From positions 1,009 through 65,008 of the forward strand of contig CAWFKL010000007.1 of NCBI GenBank assembly GCA_963816385.1: DNA of 64,000 nucleotides, written 5' to 3'. Each line of letters starts with the position of its first letter. Position 1 is the stretch's first letter. The notes beneath the pieces are model-generated. The model was not told the origin of the DNA. It saw only the letters and a program-made list of their open reading frames with translations, and ran no database searches. Positions 61,844 to 64,000 of the stretch are shown here, in pieces. This DNA is from an uncultured Actinomycetota bacterium (GTDB taxonomy: Bacteria; Actinomycetota; Actinomycetes; Actinomycetales; Dermatophilaceae). The position numbers were made by a program, and so were the translations under genes.

Positions 61844-62770
61844 TTGAGCATCGTCCTCGGCCCGAACCAGTACGGCAAGGCAGAGAGCCGCGTGGTGCGG
61901 ATCACTCGCGACAGCGCTCGCCATGAGATCACGGACCTCAACGTCTCGACGACCCTGCGCGGTGACTTCGCCGACGCGCACACTCGCGGTGACCAGGCGC
62001 AGGTGCTCCCGACGGACACGCAGAAGAACACCGCGTTCGCCTACGCGAAGAAGCACGGCATCTCCTCGCCCGAGGACTACGCCCTTGCCCTGGCCGGCCG
62101 CCTCCTCGACGCGACCCCGGCCGCGACCGGTGCCCGCATCGCCGTCGAGCAGTACGCCTGGGACCGCATCCGGGTCGGTGCGGACGAGCACGACCACGCG
62201 TTCGTGCGTCGCGGCGGTGAGACGCGGACCACCGTCGTCACCGTGGAGAAGGAGGACGTGCCCACAGCGGGCGGCAGCGGGCGTCGGACGCACGTCATCT
62301 CGGGCCTGCAGGACCTCGTGGTCCTGAAGTCGACCGGCTCGGAGTTCAGGGGGTTCCTGCGCGACGAGTACACGACGCTGCCGGAGGCGGACGACCGGAT
62401 CCTCGCCACGTCTCTGGTCGCGCGCTGGCGCCACACCGGGACGGACGTCGACTGGAACACGACGTATGACGACGTCCGCCAGCGGCTCCTCGAGGCCTTC
62501 GCCACCACCTTCAGCCACGCGCTCCAGGAGACGCTCCACGCGATGGGCCAGGCAGTTCTCCAAAGCCACGCCGACGTGGCCGAGATCCGCTTCTCGGCGA
62601 CCAACAAGCACCACTTCCTCGTCGACTTCTCCCCCTTCCCCGACGTGGAGAACAACGGCGAGGTCTTCATCGCCGCCGACCGCCCCTACGGCCTCATCGA
62701 GGCCAGTGTCGTGCGCGACGACGTCCCCGAGGCGCCGCAGGCCTGGCTCGCCACACCCGGCTTCTGCTGA
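61844..62770 (+). CDS. pucL: Urate oxidase (cofactor-independent uricase)
   Basis: Intact 308-aa ORF with a TTG start. The sequence SIVLGPNQYGKAESRVVRITRDSARHEITDLNVSTTLRGDF...TDTQKNT...VLKSTGSEFRGF...DRILATSL...NKHHFLVD...ADRPYGLIEA...GFC closely parallels the Arthrobacter-type uricase sequence I remember. Confidence 0.92.
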   Translation: MSIVLGPNQYGKAESRVVRITRDSARHEITDLNVSTTLRGDFADAHTRGDQAQVLPTDTQKNTAFAYAKKHGISSPEDYALALAGRLLDATPAATGARIAVEQYAWDRIRVGADEHDHAFVRRGGETRTTVVTVEKEDVPTAGGSGRRTHVISGLQDLVVLKSTGSEFRGFLRDEYTTLPEADDRILATSLVARWRHTGTDVDWNTTYDDVRQRLLEAFATTFSHALQETLHAMGQAVLQSHADVAEIRFSATNKHHFLVDFSPFPDVENNGEVFIAADRPYGLIEASVVRDDVPEAPQAWLATPGFC

Positions 62771-62854
62771 CCATTCGACCCACCTCCGAAAGGACGACCT
62801 CACCATGAGTGCGAGGGCAGCTTCCACCGCGCAGGCCGACCTTGACCGGCTCGC

Positions 62855-63379
62855 ATGAGCGGCACGGCACAGGCGCGCAGGCAGACAGGCCTGGCGTCGT
62901 TCAACGCCCTGCCCCGCGAGGAGGCGCACCAACGCCTCATGTGGTGCGTCGGCGTCCCGCGCTGGGCCGACGAGGTCGTTGCCGGTCGTCCGTATGCCGC
63001 CCTGCCGGACGTGCTCGCCACAGCCCGATCCGCGGCCGCAGAGCTCGACGACGACGAGCTCGCCGCTGCTTTGGCGAGCCATCCCCGCATCGGCGAGCAG
63101 GCGAGGGACGCCCAGCATGACGCGAGCTTCTCCCAGCGCGAGCAGTCGGGTGTGGACCGGGGCGATGCCCGGGTCGCGGCTGAGCTGGCGGCCGGTAACG
63201 CGGCATACGAGGAGCGCTTCGACCGCGTCTTCCTCATCCGCGCGGCCGGCCGCTCGGCCGGCGAGATCCTCGCCGAGCTGCGGCGCCGCCTCGGCAACGA
63301 CGACGACACCGAGCGGTCCGAGACCCTCGAGCAGCTGCGCGAGATCGCGCTGCTGCGGCTGCGAGAGGTGATCGGATGA
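62855..63379 (+). CDS. uraD: OHCU decarboxylase
   Basis: Intact 174-aa ORF with ...FNALPREEAHQRLMWCVGVPRWADEVVAGRPY...LASHPRIGE...SFSQREQSG...YEERFDRVFLIRAAGRSAGEILAEL.... It overlaps uraH by 4 nt. Confidence 0.9.
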   Translation: MSGTAQARRQTGLASFNALPREEAHQRLMWCVGVPRWADEVVAGRPYAALPDVLATARSAAAELDDDELAAALASHPRIGEQARDAQHDASFSQREQSGVDRGDARVAAELAAGNAAYEERFDRVFLIRAAGRSAGEILAELRRRLGNDDDTERSETLEQLREIALLRLREVIG

Positions 63380-63702
63380 GCGCCCTGTCGACCCATGTGC
63401 TCGACACCAGCCTGGGCAGGCCGGCGCAAGGCGTGGCGGTCAGGTTGGAGGGAGCGGACGGCGTCTCTCTCGGCTCCGGCACGACCGATGCCGACGGCCG
63501 CGTCCCCGCCATCGGTCCTGAGCGCCTCGACGCGGGCGACTACCGGCTGAGCTTCGCCACGGGAAGCTATTTCGCCGCCACCGGCACCGCCGGCTTCTAT
63601 CCCGAGATCGTCATCGCCTTCACCATCGTCGACCCGGAACAGCACCATCATGTGCCGCTCCTGCTCAGCCCGTTCGGCTACGCCACCTACCGTGGGAGCT
63701 GA
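63376..63702 (+). CDS. uraH: 5-hydroxyisourate hydrolase (transthyretin-like)
   Basis: Intact 108-aa ORF MSALSTHVLDTSLGRPAQGVAVRL...DADGR...GDYRLSF.TGSYF...FYPEIVIAFTI...HHHVPLLLSPFGYATYRGS, with the characteristic C-terminal YRGS. Confidence 0.92.
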   Translation: MSALSTHVLDTSLGRPAQGVAVRLEGADGVSLGSGTTDADGRVPAIGPERLDAGDYRLSFATGSYFAATGTAGFYPEIVIAFTIVDPEQHHHVPLLLSPFGYATYRGS

Positions 63703-63743
63703 CGCGGCGAGCCGTGGATCCTCGCCGGCGCGCAGACGAGGGA

Positions 63744-64000
63744 GTGGAGGTGGACGTGGACGTGGCGCTGGACGTGCTCATCCGCGCGAGCACGCGCCGT
63801 CATCGACGGTCGGGAGATGTCGGCAGCGGTGGGCGTCAAGGACGGTCGAATCAGCCTCATCGACCAGGTCGACGTGACACTGGGGCCAGGTCATCAGACC
63901 CCCGCCGTGGTCGAGCTCGCCGACGACGAGGTGCTCCTGCCCGGGCTCGTCGACACGCACGTCCACGTCAACGAGCCGGGTCGCACTGAGTGGGAAGGCT
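63744..64000 (+). CDS. allB: Allantoinase, N-terminal part only (runs off the window). Apparent +1 frameshift near 63785-63795.
   Basis: Frame 1 reads V(E/D)[11 protein letters not shown]. The next frame reads ...[26 protein letters not shown]...[31 protein letters not shown] (cyclic amidohydrolase HxH metal motif). It follows uraH. The exact GTG start (63744, 63750, 63756 or 63762) is unresolved. Confidence 0.8.

Overview
This is a high-G+C actinobacterial chromosomal window made mostly of core genes. I saw no rRNA, tRNA, CRISPR array, transposase, integrase or prophage genes.

Layout:
- 1-12.4 kb, minus strand: the promoter-proximal half of the dcw division/cell-wall cluster (mraZ-rsmH-ftsL-ftsI-murE-murF-mraY-murD-ftsW-murG). 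Its promoter carries MraZ-type boxes.
- 12.9-20.3 kb, plus strand: a MoxR-DUF58-transglutaminase operon and a P-type cation ATPase.
- 20.3-27.8 kb, the most accessory-looking part: REP-like tandem palindromes, a small membrane protein, a large LuxR/LAL regulator and a BBE-like FAD oxidase plus cupin. It also holds a lower-G+C islet with an orphan secreted protein, a UUCG-capped hairpin and two coupled small ORFs.
- 27.8-43.4 kb: principal sigma factor, USP, SAM-IV riboswitch plus metX, DUF4192, DUF1232, EcsC, PatB/MalY-type aminotransferase, PolA-like polymerase, PAC2 and HrpA.
- 43.6-52.2 kb: membrane proteins plus a FemAB-family transferase, an ADP-ribosylglycohydrolase fused to an HCX5R phosphatase-like domain, and a roughly 1,100-aa RecB-like nuclease/SF1 helicase.
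- 52.3-60.1 kb: VOC proteins, lipoprotein, amidase, SRPBCC, tandem USP and ChaB/Rho_N.
- 60.3-64 kb: urate degradation genes (pucL-uraD-uraH-allB).

The dominant signal is that about 25 conserved genes are each split between reading frames, and these include the essential genes murG, ftsW, murD and sigA. When the fragments are merged, gene lengths are almost always 3n+1 or 3n+2, and frame steps are almost always +1. I therefore read these as single-base insertion errors in the assembly and annotate merged genes.

I did not find a convincing complete new multi-gene system. The best leads are the low-G+C islet at 26.2-27.8 kb, the ARH-phosphatase fusion, the SAM-IV-controlled start codon about 265 nt upstream of metX, and several phased intergenic repeat arrays.
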